DNA of 64,000 bases from Lytechinus pictus. Taxonomy: Eukaryota. The notes below the pieces were generated by a model. It saw only the letters and a list, made by a program, of their open reading frames with translations. It was not told where the DNA came from and ran no database searches. A program made the translations under genes and the position numbers. This document shows, one piece after another, positions 1 to 12,836 of this stretch (positions are counted from its first letter, which is position 1; every line of letters starts with the position of its first letter). The stretch lies in assembly GCF_037042905.1 (NCBI RefSeq), contig NC_087252.1:2110001-2174000 (forward strand), given 5' to 3'.

Positions 1-643
1 GGAATCTGACATAAGCATACGGGCCATAATGTTCATCTGATTGGTGTGATGACTTGAGAATATGGATTTTGCAATCATGGAATTTTACGTCAATAAGCTA
101 ATTAGTTTGTTTGCAATACTTAAAAATGACACAAAAAAAGATGATATTTTGTGATTGTGGAAAAAGGAACCCTTTTGTTAAATAAAACAAAAATACGCCA
201 GGTTTTTCTTCATGATCTAAGTGGTTTCAGGTCTACACTAACTACAGTCTGCTTGTTTATTCCGATTTAATAAAAAGAGAAATTTGTGGTACACGATGAT
301 TTCAGGGGAACAACATTAAATATGGTGGATTGTAGTGACTTGAAGGTTCAACAGAATAGTACGTTGTGATGATTTAAAAGTACGAATACAACCTAACTGT
401 CAGAACAAGCCTACATAATATATCGTTTTAATAATGCATGTACTGTATAGGTCCTATTGTACATAGGCATAGGGGGTGGCTAAACAAGGTAAAATCTATC
501 GAATTGTGCCTTGTTTGTCATATTAGACGGTGAATAAATATAAAGATTAGACACAATATATATTTCGTTACTTTGTTCATGAATGTGAATGTACAAAAGA
601 GGCATATATATTATTAAGCACGCTCTAACACGTTTCCTTGCAG

Positions 644-898
644 GCCCTGTATCATTTTATGAACTTAGATCATTAATGTACAACGTGAATACACCTAGCC
701 TAGAGAAGCTAAGAAAAACAATTTGCAAGCTAGACATGCTAGAAGTCGATGCGACGAGTGCAGATAAATTCGGTCCACAACAAATCTACGACTCGCTGTG
801 TCAGTGGAAAGAGGGACACCCTCAGGTAGATCAAGGAAAGATATTACATGATGCACTTTTAAGAGCCAGACATGAGGAAGCATGGTGGAAAATTCTAG
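644..898 (+). CDS. Receptor gene copy 1, death-fold-like exon, type A (A1)
   Basis: tttccttgcag|GC...CTAG|gtaagt; 255 nt, phase 1-1; GPVSFYELRSLMY...LCQWKEGHPQVDQGKILHDALLRARHEEAWWKIL; close paralog at 63342. Confidence 0.85.
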
Positions 899-1190
899 GT
901 AAGTTAATCGTTCAACCTTTATATACATTTTTGTTTTTTTAATTAAATGTCCATATACCGGAATCTCACTTATCAAATATAACACACCGGATTAGTATAC
1001 TGCCATTTCATGTACAAACTCGACAACACAATTTTGACCGAAATTACTCCATCATCGGAGGTTTCATTACCAAAAATCCCACCACACCAATGAAAAATAA
1101 ATAAATGTACTATAATAAATTTAGAAACAGAAGGAACACAAAACAGGCAAATATAATGTAAATACAACAACATGTTCTATCGTATGATCT

Positions 1191-2575
1191 CAGGCGCGTA
1201 GCCAGGGGGGGCGCCCCCCAAAAAAAAACGTCCCCAAAAAGAAAAAAAAAGAAAGAAAAACAAGAGGGGAAAAGGAAAAGCGAAGGGAGGAAAGGGAAGA
1301 AAGGTAGCTTTGTGGGTTTTTTGTATTCTTTTTTTTTTTTTTTTCAAAAGAGAATCTCCTTTACTCTTGCTCTAAATTTATATATGAATTTTGCTTCCGC
1401 GCTGCGCGCGGTTAAATGACAATATTGCAGTTCTCCATTGTTTCCCCCACCTTTTCTCTAAACCTGTTTTTCCACTTCAGCTATATGTGTTTCTTGCCAG
1501 TTAAAGTTCAAATGTGTACATTAGGGCATGGAATTCGAGTAAGGTTAGGCCGAAGTATATGAAGTTACCTTTTTTTAATTCTTTTTTTTTATTGATCGCG
1601 CAACTTATGGTCAGGTCTGCTCCGGGCGGGTAAAATCTTTATATCAATTTCTGCCGTCGCCTCCATATAGGCAACTTCTCCCGCTTTTCAGCTCATTACT
1701 AAGCAATCATAATTTGGGGGGGGGGCAAACAGGTTCCTAATTTAAAAAGAGGAAGGTATAAATTCGTGTCGTATTAAATAAAAAAGTACAATATTTTTTT
1801 TTTCAAATTCTATTAAACTTCCGTGTCATTTCCCTGCACATTCATCTCCTGTTCTTTCTTGCGCACTCAGTTTGAAATTTTGAATGACACTTAAGTTTCG
1901 TTATCATTCAAAATGAAAGCGCTTCAGGATAAGTCAAAGAAATTATACATATCCATTTTAATATAATTTCAATAAATCACATGCAGAAGTTTCAACTTTT
2001 TGCGCACTATTTTCCTTGTAATGAAGTTCAATAATCTTAGAAAATCAATTGAATTAGAGCCGATGGGGTATTAGAGATATCTGCATTTGATGAAACGTCC
2101 ACCCTTTGAAATATCAGAGTTTCATTGCTCTACGCAAGGAGGAATATCTTCCTCCCGGCATATACACTTCTTCTCTGTTTTGCGAGTTAAAAATATGCAC
2201 TGTCGCTAAATTGTTTGTAATCGAATCTGATCTTTCCAAGGGAAGTATTCAATATATTTTAAAGAATGCCCTTTTCTCGGGACCCTTTTCTTTGTAAAAA
2301 AAATTGATAAAACGCTTTAGCTTCCGCGCTTCGCGCGGGGTTATTATTTTAATATCCTCCATTGTATTCCTTTTTCGTGCGTTCACAATGTTCAAAATCA
2401 CAATATAGTCAACTGAATTGGAGCTGATATAGGTACTAGAGACAAGAGAGACGGCTCCTTTTCATTTTAATTTATGAAACACCGAAAGCTTCGCGCTTCG
2501 CGCGCTCTGTAAGTGTTGGCACGCTTCGCGTGCATTTACCGCCCCCTCCAAAATTAAATCCTGGCTACACGGTAG
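1191..2575. mobile_element. TIR element (possibly hAT-like) in copy 1 only
   Basis: CAGGCGCGTAGCCAGG...CCTGGCTACACGGTAG; recurring cgcgcttcgcgcg palindromes; its flanks are contiguous at ~63900 in copy 2. Confidence 0.75.
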
Positions 2576-2760
2576 TATTATGTAGGTGCGATTTTAACGA
2601 ACGAAACATTGTAATTACGTTACGTTATAACAGCCCGTAGGCAGTAGACCTTCTATATAAAAAAAGGCTTATTACTTCCATACAATATGACAATCTACAT
2701 AAACATATATGTTGTTTTTAAAATAGTGAATTAATTTTATGATACATCTTTCCCTTTAAG

Positions 2761-3036
2761 AGCAAAGAAAGGACAAATCAAGTGTATGTGAAAGTATGTT
2801 CAAGAGAATACTCCGTGATATCGAAGACCCAGCAATGATACAGCAGCTCCTGCAAAAGCTAGCCCCAGACTTGGCAAAAGATGTGGGAACCTCACTGGAA
2901 ACAGATTTTATGGAAATAGCCTTGAAAGCACTGAAAGAATGTAATGAAAGTTCTCACAATGAAAATAGGATGATCTTGCTAAGCCGTGCCTTGGAGAAAG
3001 CTAAATGCAAGCCAATTGACAGGACTTTTCTCTCTG
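2761..3036 (+). CDS. Copy 1 death-fold-like exon, type B (B1)
   Basis: tttccctttaag|AG...TCTG|gtaaga; 276 nt, phase 1-1; MFKRILRDI...LLQKL...IALKALKEC...LLSRALEKAKC...TFLS; homologous to exons at 5968 and 62119. Confidence 0.85.
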
Positions 3037-3077
3037 GTAAGAGGTAGTGGATTTAATTCTCTTTCACCCATTTTATT

Positions 3078-3967
3078 GCTGTATCGCCTGCATTGCAGAT
3101 CGAGACTATAGGCGTCGCTTTTCCGACGGCGGCGGTGTCGTCAACATTGAAATCTTTATCTTAGGTTAAGTTTATGCAATGTCATCATAACTTAAAAGGT
3201 ATATGAACCTAGTTCATGAAACCTAGACATAAGAGTAATTAAGTATTACTAAACATCGTGCTTGGTTTTCAGGTCGCATGATCAAGATCAAAGGACATTT
3301 AGGGTCAATGAACCATAAATTACATTTTTCAATTTTTGGGGCATTAGATACATTACCAGAACTTTGAAAGTCACAAGTTATGGATGTAGTTAATGACGAT
3401 CGGTCATACATGTAAGAGTATTCCCCGAAAACCCTGTTCGAGTTTAAGGTCAGATGACCAAGGTCAAATGTTATATATGGTCAATAAAGTTAGATTATGT
3501 TGAGGAAATCAAAAACAAAACTTAACAAAGGTTTAGTTTTGAAACTTTGATAACTTTGAAAGTATAGTAGTTCCTGAAACTTAGGTATAATAATAATCAA
3601 GTATCAGCAAACACCCTAAAAGAGTTTCAGGTCACAAGATCAAGGGTCATTTGGGGTCAGTGAACTTAGACCATGTTGGGAAAACATCAAAATTGTAACC
3701 TAAGCTTAATTTTTGTAAATGTCTTAACTTAAGTTGTACAAACCTTCTTCATGAAACATTGACATAACTGTAATCAAGTACAATAAACATCCTGTCTAAA
3801 TCTTAAGTCTCATGGTCAAGATCAAAAGTTATTGAGGGTCAATAAACATAGTATTTCTATTACCATATGAATGGTGTTTTTTTTTAAATATATCGTTTCC
3901 GGAGTAAGCACTGCTTCTAAAGTAAATTCCTTATGCAGTCAAGACTGCCAAAGGTGTTCCACTTGTT
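3078..3967 (+). mobile_element. Probable Helentron/DINE-1-like non-autonomous element
   Basis: 5' tcgcctgc with a subterminal inverted partner gcagtcaagac near the 3' end; GGC microsatellite; internal ~160-bp tandem units; T-rich flanks; head fragment recurs at ~33157. Confidence 0.55.
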
Positions 3968-4204
3968 TTAATTAGGTAGGTCTTGTAGAGTTTAAATGAA
4001 TAATTTAGCGTAGTACATGTATATACGGGAGTTGTTTTTCTTGATGAATAGAATATCCTTATTCCACCTGGAGACGGACAAAAGATGAATATGAACATGT
4101 ATTATTCCATCAATTTCAAAGATTTGATATATATTTATAGATAAAAACTAAGATCTAAAATTGCTAATTCCTGCAAATTATATTGTCACTTTCTCTAAAA
4201 TCAG

Positions 4205-4453
4205 AAACAATGTCCTTTTTTGAGTTGTGGTCAGTGGGTCATTTCGACTTTGATGCTGGTGTGAAAACGTTACCATTACGTGACGCTTTGAAGGCGATGG
4301 GAATATTTGGTATAGAAGAGACAATTAGTCAGCATGAGCTTTATCATCTTCTTTGTAAATGGAAGGAAGAACACTCTAATTGCGACCAACGTCTGGTGTT
4401 CAAAGTTCATTTGCTTAACGAAGGACTTTACAAGGAATGGGAAAATCTCAGTG
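4205..4453 (+). CDS. Copy 1 death-fold-like exon, type A (A2)
   Basis: ctctaaaatcag|AA...AGTG|gtaagt; 249 nt, phase 1-1; MSFFELWSV...LLCKWKEEHSNCDQ...EW, aligning by eye with A1. Confidence 0.85.
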
Positions 4454-4733
4454 GTAAGTGATATGGATTTATTTCAATTCGAATAAAAAAAACACAAATA
4501 GTTTTTTAAAAACATTTTTTAAAAGGAATTTATTCTAATAACGGCATGCAGGAGGGTGGGGTTATGAAAGATAAGAAATTATAGGTGTAAAGTTAATTTT
4601 CCCACCACGCTTATCGTCGGTGCTCTAGTAATAGACGCCAGGTCTTAGTGGAATTTGCGTAACGCGCGAGTGTGTGTATGATGATTATGTGGAAGGTTCC
4701 ATGACAAAGACAGGCCACAATTTCTCCGTTCTA

Positions 4734-5697
4734 CAGTGCGTATCAAAAAAAGGTTATACTTTGAAAACGCCCTGGGAATTAAAAAATATACAACATGAGG
4801 ATATTTTTTTCACATATAATCTTGGGTTTGGGTCTCATCTATCCAATTAAATAAAAGTTTTGACAGAATGATACATTTGAGTGAGCAATGTCCATTTTTT
4901 GTAAAGCTCGCAGAAATATGTTTGCGCAGAAATGCTCGTTTTCACGCTGTGTCAAGGGAAAAGGGCGAAATCAAACTTACCCTGCGAAACATTTCTCATA
5001 CATTTCCCTTGCTTTTTTAGTCAATTGAAATAAAACGGATACATTCAAGCATTTTGTAACAATTTTCCCACCCAAATTGAAATTTCAACACTTAGTAAGC
5101 ACAACCTTTACCCTTTTTTGTGCCAGTTGGATCTGAGGACATAACTGAATCTGAAGAAAAGTTTATATCAGACATGACCAGCTTTTTTCACTAAGTTTTT
5201 ATCATCTTAAGTGAGACTACATTTTATTTTTAATTTAATACTTGTTTCTCCACACTTTTCCCAAGCTTTATAATGATTACCAAAGTGAAAATCAAGCCTA
5301 AGCCATTTCATGTAAATCACAGCTCAGTGTAAAGCAAATGTCGTCACGATGGCCTCGGTGTGTGGGGGAGTGGGGTGGGGCGCAATGCACTCTTCGAAGT
5401 GTTTTGGGCAAGGAAACAAGTTAAGACAATTTTACTAGCAAAATTCTACGTGTTCTTCATGATTAAGGTCTACTTTTATTCGCATATCTATTTCAAAGTT
5501 CTGCGCAAATCATTTTTCACTAACTTTTCAAAAGTCAATGGTGCTCACTCAAGCGGAAATATTTTTCGAAAGTTATATCGTCATTTGCTTATATCGATAT
5601 GTACCAATCTTAAAATGTGGAAAAACCTTAAGGATATTACAAATATATAATTTTACAGGATTTTTTTCTAAGTGTAAACTTTTTTTGATACGCACTG
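4734..5697. mobile_element. Tc1/mariner-type MITE
   Basis: TA|CAGTGCGTATCAAAAAAA...TTTTTTTGATACGCACTG|TA. Confidence 0.9.
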
Positions 5698-5967
5698 TAT
5701 ATTCCCCACACTAATCAAATGGCCAACTTCAATGTTTAACATTTTACCCTACCCTAACCGTAAACATACCATTAAACCATATTGCAACCCTAACCCAAAT
5801 TTTTTGACGAAATCAATTTGAAGCCTTGAGCAATTGTCGCATAAACAAATGTCATGTCACCGTGGGGAAAGGGGATATGCGGTACTACTTTTATAATTTG
5901 TGTCTATTCTGTAATTAAAATTGGTTGAAGACTTATGAATGACATGGACGCCCCCTCCTTATTTCAG

Positions 5968-6249
5968 ATCTGATGTTTGGAACAGACCGGATCATTTCTA
6001 ATGATACACTGGAACATATCTTGTGGCACTTGAAAACTCCAGGAAAGATCAACCATTTTCTTCATAAGCTGACCAATACCGACCAAGAACCAATACCTGA
6101 AGATTCAAATCTACCAGAGGGCATCGGAATTGCTCTGACTAGATTGGAGCTGTGGAAGAAGGGCCCCATTGATAAACATCCTGTGATTCTATTAAGCGAA
6201 GCGCTGGAGTCGGCAAAGTGCTCTCACGTTGCCATGACCTTCTTTCAAA
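5968..6249 (+). CDS. Copy 1 death-fold-like exon, type B (B2)
   Basis: ccttatttcag|AT...CAAA|gtaatt; 282 nt, phase 1-1; LEHILWHL...FLHKL...IALTRLELWKKGP...LLSEALESAKC...TFF. Confidence 0.85.
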
Positions 6250-6577
6250 GTAATTATATCAAAGAAAGAAGGTTCAGTCTTGTCTATTTATTCAAGCATG
6301 CATTGAGGACATCAGATATCTCATTTGCAAAAACAAGCAAACACAAAAAACGCCTACCGGAGGTGTGTTCCAAGAATATTACATATGAAAAAATTCAGAA
6401 AGTTAAATGAGCAACTAGACCAAAAGCTTCAGTCTCTGTTTTTGGTTGTTCAGCTGCGTTGCGCTTGTCTCTATATCGCTAATTGTTTTGTGCGTCCGTT
6501 CAGAACTTGTCGCTAGCATCGACTGGCCAGGGTATCGAAAATTTTAATCGGAAAACCTTGATAAAAGCCTAACTTAA

Positions 6578-7161
6578 AGGAGAATGAAACTCTTAAAGCA
6601 AGTTAGCTTTTGTGAAAGCAGAAAAATCAAAGACAAAAGTTTGAGTAAAATAGGACTAGCAATAGAAGAGTTATGAGCATTTGAATGTCGAGATCACTAA
6701 TGCTATGGAGATCCTCCAATTGGCAATGTGACCAAGATCTATGATGTCACAGATGAACAACTCTCCCCTTTTGGACACTGAAAATATACCCCAAAACATC
6801 TCTTTTTGCTCATTCTAATCATATACATGTATATGACAAACGATTCATCAATGATATAATGTTGTGAAACCTCTGTACCTGTCCTCTTATAAAGAGAACA
6901 CCTCACCTTGTGATAGAATTTATAAAAGTGAGAATATAAGTGAAATGAGTACTAAAGTAATGAGGGAGTTGTACGTGTGTGACATCACAGATCTTGGTCG
7001 CATTGCCAATGGGAGGATCTACGTGGCATTAGTGATCTCAATATTCAAATGCTCATGACTTTCTTATTATTCATTCAATCTTCCTCAAACTTTCAACAAT
7101 ATGTTTCTTTGATTTTTCTCTTTGATATGGATTCAGCTGGTTTCAAGGGTTTCATTTTCCT
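6578..7161. mobile_element. Palindromic MITE with TTAA TSD (Kolobok-like termini)
   Basis: TTAA|AGGAGAATGAAAC...GTTTCATTTTCCT|TTAA; long imperfect inverted arms. Confidence 0.8.
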
Positions 7162-8353
7162 TTAAGGAACGTAGAGGGCAGCAATACACGACTGCCAGTG
7201 TTTTCTCTCCGGTAATAAAAAGACGAATTAAAGAAGAAAAAAGGAATAAATCATCGGTAACGTATATTTCCGCTATTTCATTTTAAAATGCGTTGTATCA
7301 AAAGAAAGATTAGAGTCTAAAGAAAATAGTGAGCCATTGTTCAAGGTAATGTAATGTCATTTCAACCTAAAAAAAAATCTAGACAAAACACTATAGGCCC
7401 GAATTGGGCAAAATGATTACACATGTCAGCATTTGGGCTCGCACTAACGTGCTACCGTCACACCTTGGGCCGAGGCCAAACAAAAGTGCGCCAAAAGTCA
7501 TTTGTTGGCAATTTCAGATTTTAAATTTTTGTCATGCCCAGCTGAAAGACAACACTTTGAAGAATACTTCAGCAAAATATTTTATTCAGGAATGTACATA
7601 AAGGTTGTTAATTTCCTACCTCAAATTGTAAAATGTGACATTTTGCGAAATGCCGTGTATATGACAACCTAGTTGAAAAACAGGCCATTTCACAGGAGTT
7701 TTTTATGTAGGAGTCTGAAATGGCTCCCACGTAATCCTGATATATTCTTTCTTCGTGTGAAAGGGTTCAAAGTAGATAAAAGACACCTTTCAGGAGGTTT
7801 ATAGGATAAGTATACCTCGTAATAGGCTGATAATCGATGTTTTTTGCATTTACATTAGAAAGGTTTCAATTTCCGTGGACTTCCATCTAAATCCTATCAG
7901 CATCATTTTTTCCAAAGTCTAAGCTTTAAGTTGATACCAAATTTAGCTGCCCGTTTTTGTCCGGTTTTATGTTAGAGCCGATTTTAGTTGACACATCACC
8001 CCGGCACATCACCACCAAAACGATCATTTTTATACCGCGCAGTCATTGCAGCGCACCGTAAGGGGTGTACATTGACATTCATTTTTGCGCGGCGAGGTCG
8101 ATTCCCCTTCCATTCCATGAAAATTACATAAATTCCGGGCAAAATGTAAACGAAATGAAGGTTGATAACGCATATAAGGGCTACCCACCCCTCTTCAAGA
8201 GATAACAGTTGTAGAATCACTTCAGCCAAAAACCCTCCTCACAGTGATATATTCGTGGTGTTATATATACTCTGCGTTTTACCCAATTAAGTCTACACAG
8301 CTTGATAAAGCACGGTTAATATTTTCAGATTTTAGAATATTTTTTCTATTTAA

Positions 8354-8947
8354 AGGGGAATCCAACCCAAATAAATACTTGTTTTTATAAGGAAAAGAAA
8401 AATCAGACAAGTTGATATGTGAAAGTTTGAACAATATTGGACAAACAACAAGAAAGTTATGAATTTTTAAAAGTTTTAAATATTGGTAATCACTATACCC
8501 ATGGAGACTTCAAATTGGCCGCATATGGGATGTCATAGTGATGTAAGGCAAGGACTACTCTTCCATGTACTCCAATACATATTATGGCTAAAATGTCATT
8601 TTTCTCAAAAGTTTTATTTCAAATTATATTTTTCTTTCATGAGGACATAAAACAATATACTACCTGGGTTATATTTAGATTACTGCCCCAGGGAATGGGT
8701 ACTTAGGAGAAAACCACAAATCCCTGATAATAAAGTACATGGCCTATGGGAAAGTTGTCCTTGCCCCTTGTCATAATTTACTTACCCAGTTGCCAATTTG
8801 AAATCTACATAGTATTAGTGATCTCAATTTTAAAACAGCTATAACTTTCTTATTGCTTTTCCGATTTCTTTCAGACTTTCACCATTCTGTTTAATTTATT
8901 TTTCTCCTTCCCAACACAACATTTTATGGCCAAGGCTGGATTCCCCT
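8354..8947. mobile_element. Palindromic MITE with TTAA TSD (Kolobok-like termini)
   Basis: TTAA|AGGGGAATCCA...TGGATTCCCCT|TTAA. Confidence 0.8.
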
Positions 8948-9699
8948 TTAATGATAATTTTGATGCCATAAAAATATTTTTCAGGATCTCATACACACTC
9001 TTTAGGCATGTGAGAACCATAAACCATCATTCACTCATGTCAATCTTAATGTAACACATAACACAAAGGTTATATACTACACATGGTTTAGTGTAATTTG
9101 CCTTTTCACATATAGGTTTTAAGTAGCCAATCAAAATTAGGTATTAAGGTGAAGTCATATCGGCTTTAACTTTTCATCGTACACCTCACCTGTCTAGAGA
9201 GTTTTCTTAAAAACCCATTAAATGAATTTACAGTCTATTTCATGAAAGGGATGGAGGGTGGCAATATTTGAGTTAAACCAGGTGAACCAAATCAAAAGAA
9301 AAAATATAGTCTAAAGTAAACATGTAACAAATAGAGCCACAATAGAAACGCAACGCAATAATATGAGCGAGTCAGGGAAAATAGTTTTGTGCTTATGTAC
9401 CTTGCAAGCAGTGTATTTAATATATAAGACATTTGTTATATGTAGAATCACCTTAGACTCTTCAGTTAGAATTTTTTTTTGTCAAAGACATCCTATTAAA
9501 CATTTGCAAAGCGGCCTTTCCATCTAAGATCATTTTTTGTATGTACATTGTAGATATTATCATACTCAATGTCAGGATATAAATTTAAAACTTTTATATG
9601 AATAGATAAATTTTCACGGGCAAGGCTTTTATTGTAAGATCTTTACAGTGACATTATCAAAATAAATTTTAAACTGAGTCCTTCTTATCCCCCCTTTAG

Positions 9700-9969
9700 T
9701 ACCAGTTTATCTCCAAAAGACTATTGGGGATGAAGAAGTAAGTGAATTCATCCGCAGACTTACGAGTAGGCATCGCAAGCGATTGGCAAACCAGACACCG
9801 GCCACTGAAGACAATAAAATATCCAACTTTGCAGAGGAAAATAATGACATGTTGTTTGATGCAAAATCTATGGTTCGAGACTGGATTGAAAGGGAGCAAT
9901 GCTGCAATTATGAGAAGAGATGTAATCTGGATGACATGTTGATCGAAATTGGTCGACATGATATGACAG
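9700..9969 (+). CDS. Copy 1 death-domain-like exon
   Basis: ccccctttag|TA...ACAG|gtaaat; 270 nt, phase 1-1; ...AKSMVRDWIERE...LDDMLIEIGRHDM fits the death-domain helix 4-6 pattern (MLxxW...LxxxLxxIGRxD). Confidence 0.8.
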
Positions 9970-10402
9970 GTAAATATCCGATCACAAATATTGTGATTGA
10001 CGTATCATATATGTATTTGTGTCACTTGAATAGTCTGTTCTTAAATGAGAAGGACTATCATTTCATTTAATAGTAGCTATTTCCCATCGCGATTGCACAA
10101 ATATTTATAAATATGTGAATTATCACATTTATGGATTTTAAATCTACCTCCTGTTAAGATTAAACTCTCACATTAAAGTAATCTACTTCCCCATAGTGCC
10201 ACATGCAGGTTATTTTATTGTACTGTATACTTCAAATTTGGGAACATAATCATCCTGATTTAAAAATGCACGTCAATAGCTTAGACACTAATAATAATGA
10301 TCATAATGATAACGATAATGATAATAATGATAATGAATAGTGATGATGCAAACGACGACGACAATGATAATTATAATGATAATAATATTTGAAATTATTA
10401 TA

Positions 10403-12836
10403 CGGTGCGCCCCCCCCAAAAAAAAAAAAAAAACTTAACACTCTGAAATGGTTGCCAGATAAAACAAAACCATTACTTTGAGGGAAAGACTTATATATCT
10501 GGAAAGCCAATAAAGTAAACTTTCAAATGACTCAAAACAAGTTGGAAATTTATTCATGTTTGAGTGAACACTGCCCACTTAATAAACCAGGGGCATGACA
10601 ATGAGGCTGGGCAGGAATTAACCTTCCAATTTCTTTCGGTTTTTTTTTGTTTGGAAATTGCAAAGTTGAGGGTTTCGTTAGGGATTAATATGGCACGCCT
10701 ATAGGGAATCAATTCAATATGTATTTCACTTTTTAAAAAAAATTTCTCTTCCACTAAACCATTTCACTCAAAGAAATTTATATTTCACTTTTAAAGATAT
10801 ATTCTACTTTATCAAAGAATGTATTTCACTTAAAAAAAAATGTTTCACTTTTCAAAAAATATGTTTCACTTTTCCAAAAAAAAAAATTCCCTTTTCCTAA
10901 TTAATTTTTCCAAAAAATATTCACTTTTAACAAAATATATATATCACTTTAAAAAAAATATATATTTCACTTTTCAAAAAATATATTTCACTTAAAAAAA
11001 ATATATATTTCATTTTTCAAAAAAATATATTTCACTTAAAAAAAAAAATAAAAAATTCACTTTTCAAAAATATATACTTCACTTTTCCCCCAAAATATGT
11101 TTCACTTTTGAAAAAAATATATTTCACTTTTCAAAAAAAAAAAAAATTTCGAGGAAGAATCATTTCACTTGTTACATTTTAATTTTGAGAGAAAACAAAT
11201 CCTTTCACTTTTGTTGGATAACACATGCGGCTGCCGTATTGGACCGTACGTAAAATTATTTTATCTATCCATCTATCTACCTACTTGATATATCTATCTA
11301 TCTCTATATATTTTGTTTGTGAAATATATATTGTTTGATTCCCTATAGGCGTGCCATAGACTAATGATAAACTGTGATCAGTTTGTTGCTTGAGAAATTT
11401 TCATGAGTTATCGAATTGAAATTTAATCAATGAGTACTCATGCTCATGAATTGCAATTTTTAGTGCAGCATTTCAACTTTATCATGTGGATCTCAGCAAT
11501 GTGTTCATGAAAGTCAGGAGAATAGGGGGTAAGATAGGATTTAAGTAGGTGAAGTACGTTGATGAGATAAAGGTCGACAGAACATTAAGCCACCCCTCCC
11601 TCCATCTCTACCCCTCCACTCCCCCCACACTTCTCTGCTTCTAAGAGACTAAGCTGGGCAGGAATTAGCCTTCCAATTTTTTGAGAGGTTAGTCCTTGGG
11701 AACTTGCAAAGCTAAGAGTGTTATGCTAAATTAATGAGTGAGGTAATTTTTGGTTTCTTAGGCAAATTTTATGAGTTACTAAATTGAAATTTAATGCATG
11801 ACTGAACAAGAATTTCAATTTTAATGTAGCATTTTACGTTTATCTTGTGGACCTCAGCAGTGTGTTCGTGAGAGTCAGAGTAATGTGATGGTTGTACGAG
11901 TTACAAACAAGAGGGCGATATATGGTAATAATTGGTTAAAAGGGCATTCCTTTTCTTTTTTGTTACAAATTACAAATCATATGTCCCCCCCCCCTCAACC
12001 TCCATTTCCCCGGCTCCCTCTCTCTTTGTCTTACATCCTGAAGACTATTCAAAACTTAACTGCCAAGTGACCAGTGGCTGATGGTCAGTTTTTTTCATTG
12101 AATGATTACCATGAAATTGACTGATTGTGATTATTTATGAAATCATTTATTGGAAAAAAAAAATTAATGTTTAATTGATCACATGGCGCATTGAAAGGTT
12201 TATTGATAAATTGTTGATTAAATGATTCAGAATTTATCATTAAATCAACTTTCTGTTCTGGACTTCATTCGTACATGTAATAGCAATCAGTCTCTCAACA
12301 GAAGGGGAGGGCGGGCGGGAGAGAGAGAGAGGGGGGGGGGGCTAAATGTTCTGCTGACCCTTATTTCATCAACCTACTTTCCCCACTTAAGTCCTATCTC
12401 ACCCCCTATTCTCCCGACTCCCATAAACACATTGCTGAGATCGACATGATAAAGTTTAAATGCTGCCCTAAAAAGTATAATTTGTGTTCACTCGCACTCA
12501 TGCATTAAAGTTCAATTTAATAATTCATGAAATTTGCTTAAACAACCAAAACTGGTCACAGTTGATCATGAATTCATCACAACACCCTGAACTTTGGAAG
12601 TTCCAAAGGATTTGCCTTTCAAAATCTGACAGAAATTGGAAGGCTAATTCCGGCCCAGCATAATTTCATACCCTTTGTTTTTAGCAGGCAGTGCTCGCTC
12701 AGGCATGAATAGTTTTCCAACTATTGGTGTCATTGAAAGTTGACTTTATTGGCTTTCATTATGTAGGTGTTTTCCCCAAAAGTGATATATTTTTTTACTT
12801 GGCAGCCATTTCAAAAGTTTTTTTTTGAACGCAATG
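10403..12836. mobile_element. Diverged copy of the same Tc1/mariner-type family
   Basis: TA|CGGTGCG...GAAATGGTTGCC and GGCAGCCATTTC...CGCAATG|TA; internal blocks shared with 40266-50737. Confidence 0.8.
10689..11358. mobile_element. TIR MITE with an internal ~22-bp minisatellite, nested in the 10403 element
   Basis: 24-bp TIR TATGGCACGCCTATAGGGAATCAA; flanks GATTAA/GACTAA; repeated atatttcacttttcaaaaa units. Confidence 0.85.

Noticed and set aside
10700..11210. CRISPR-like periodic repeats
   Set aside because: No unique spacers or cas genes, and the context is eukaryotic; it is a minisatellite in a MITE
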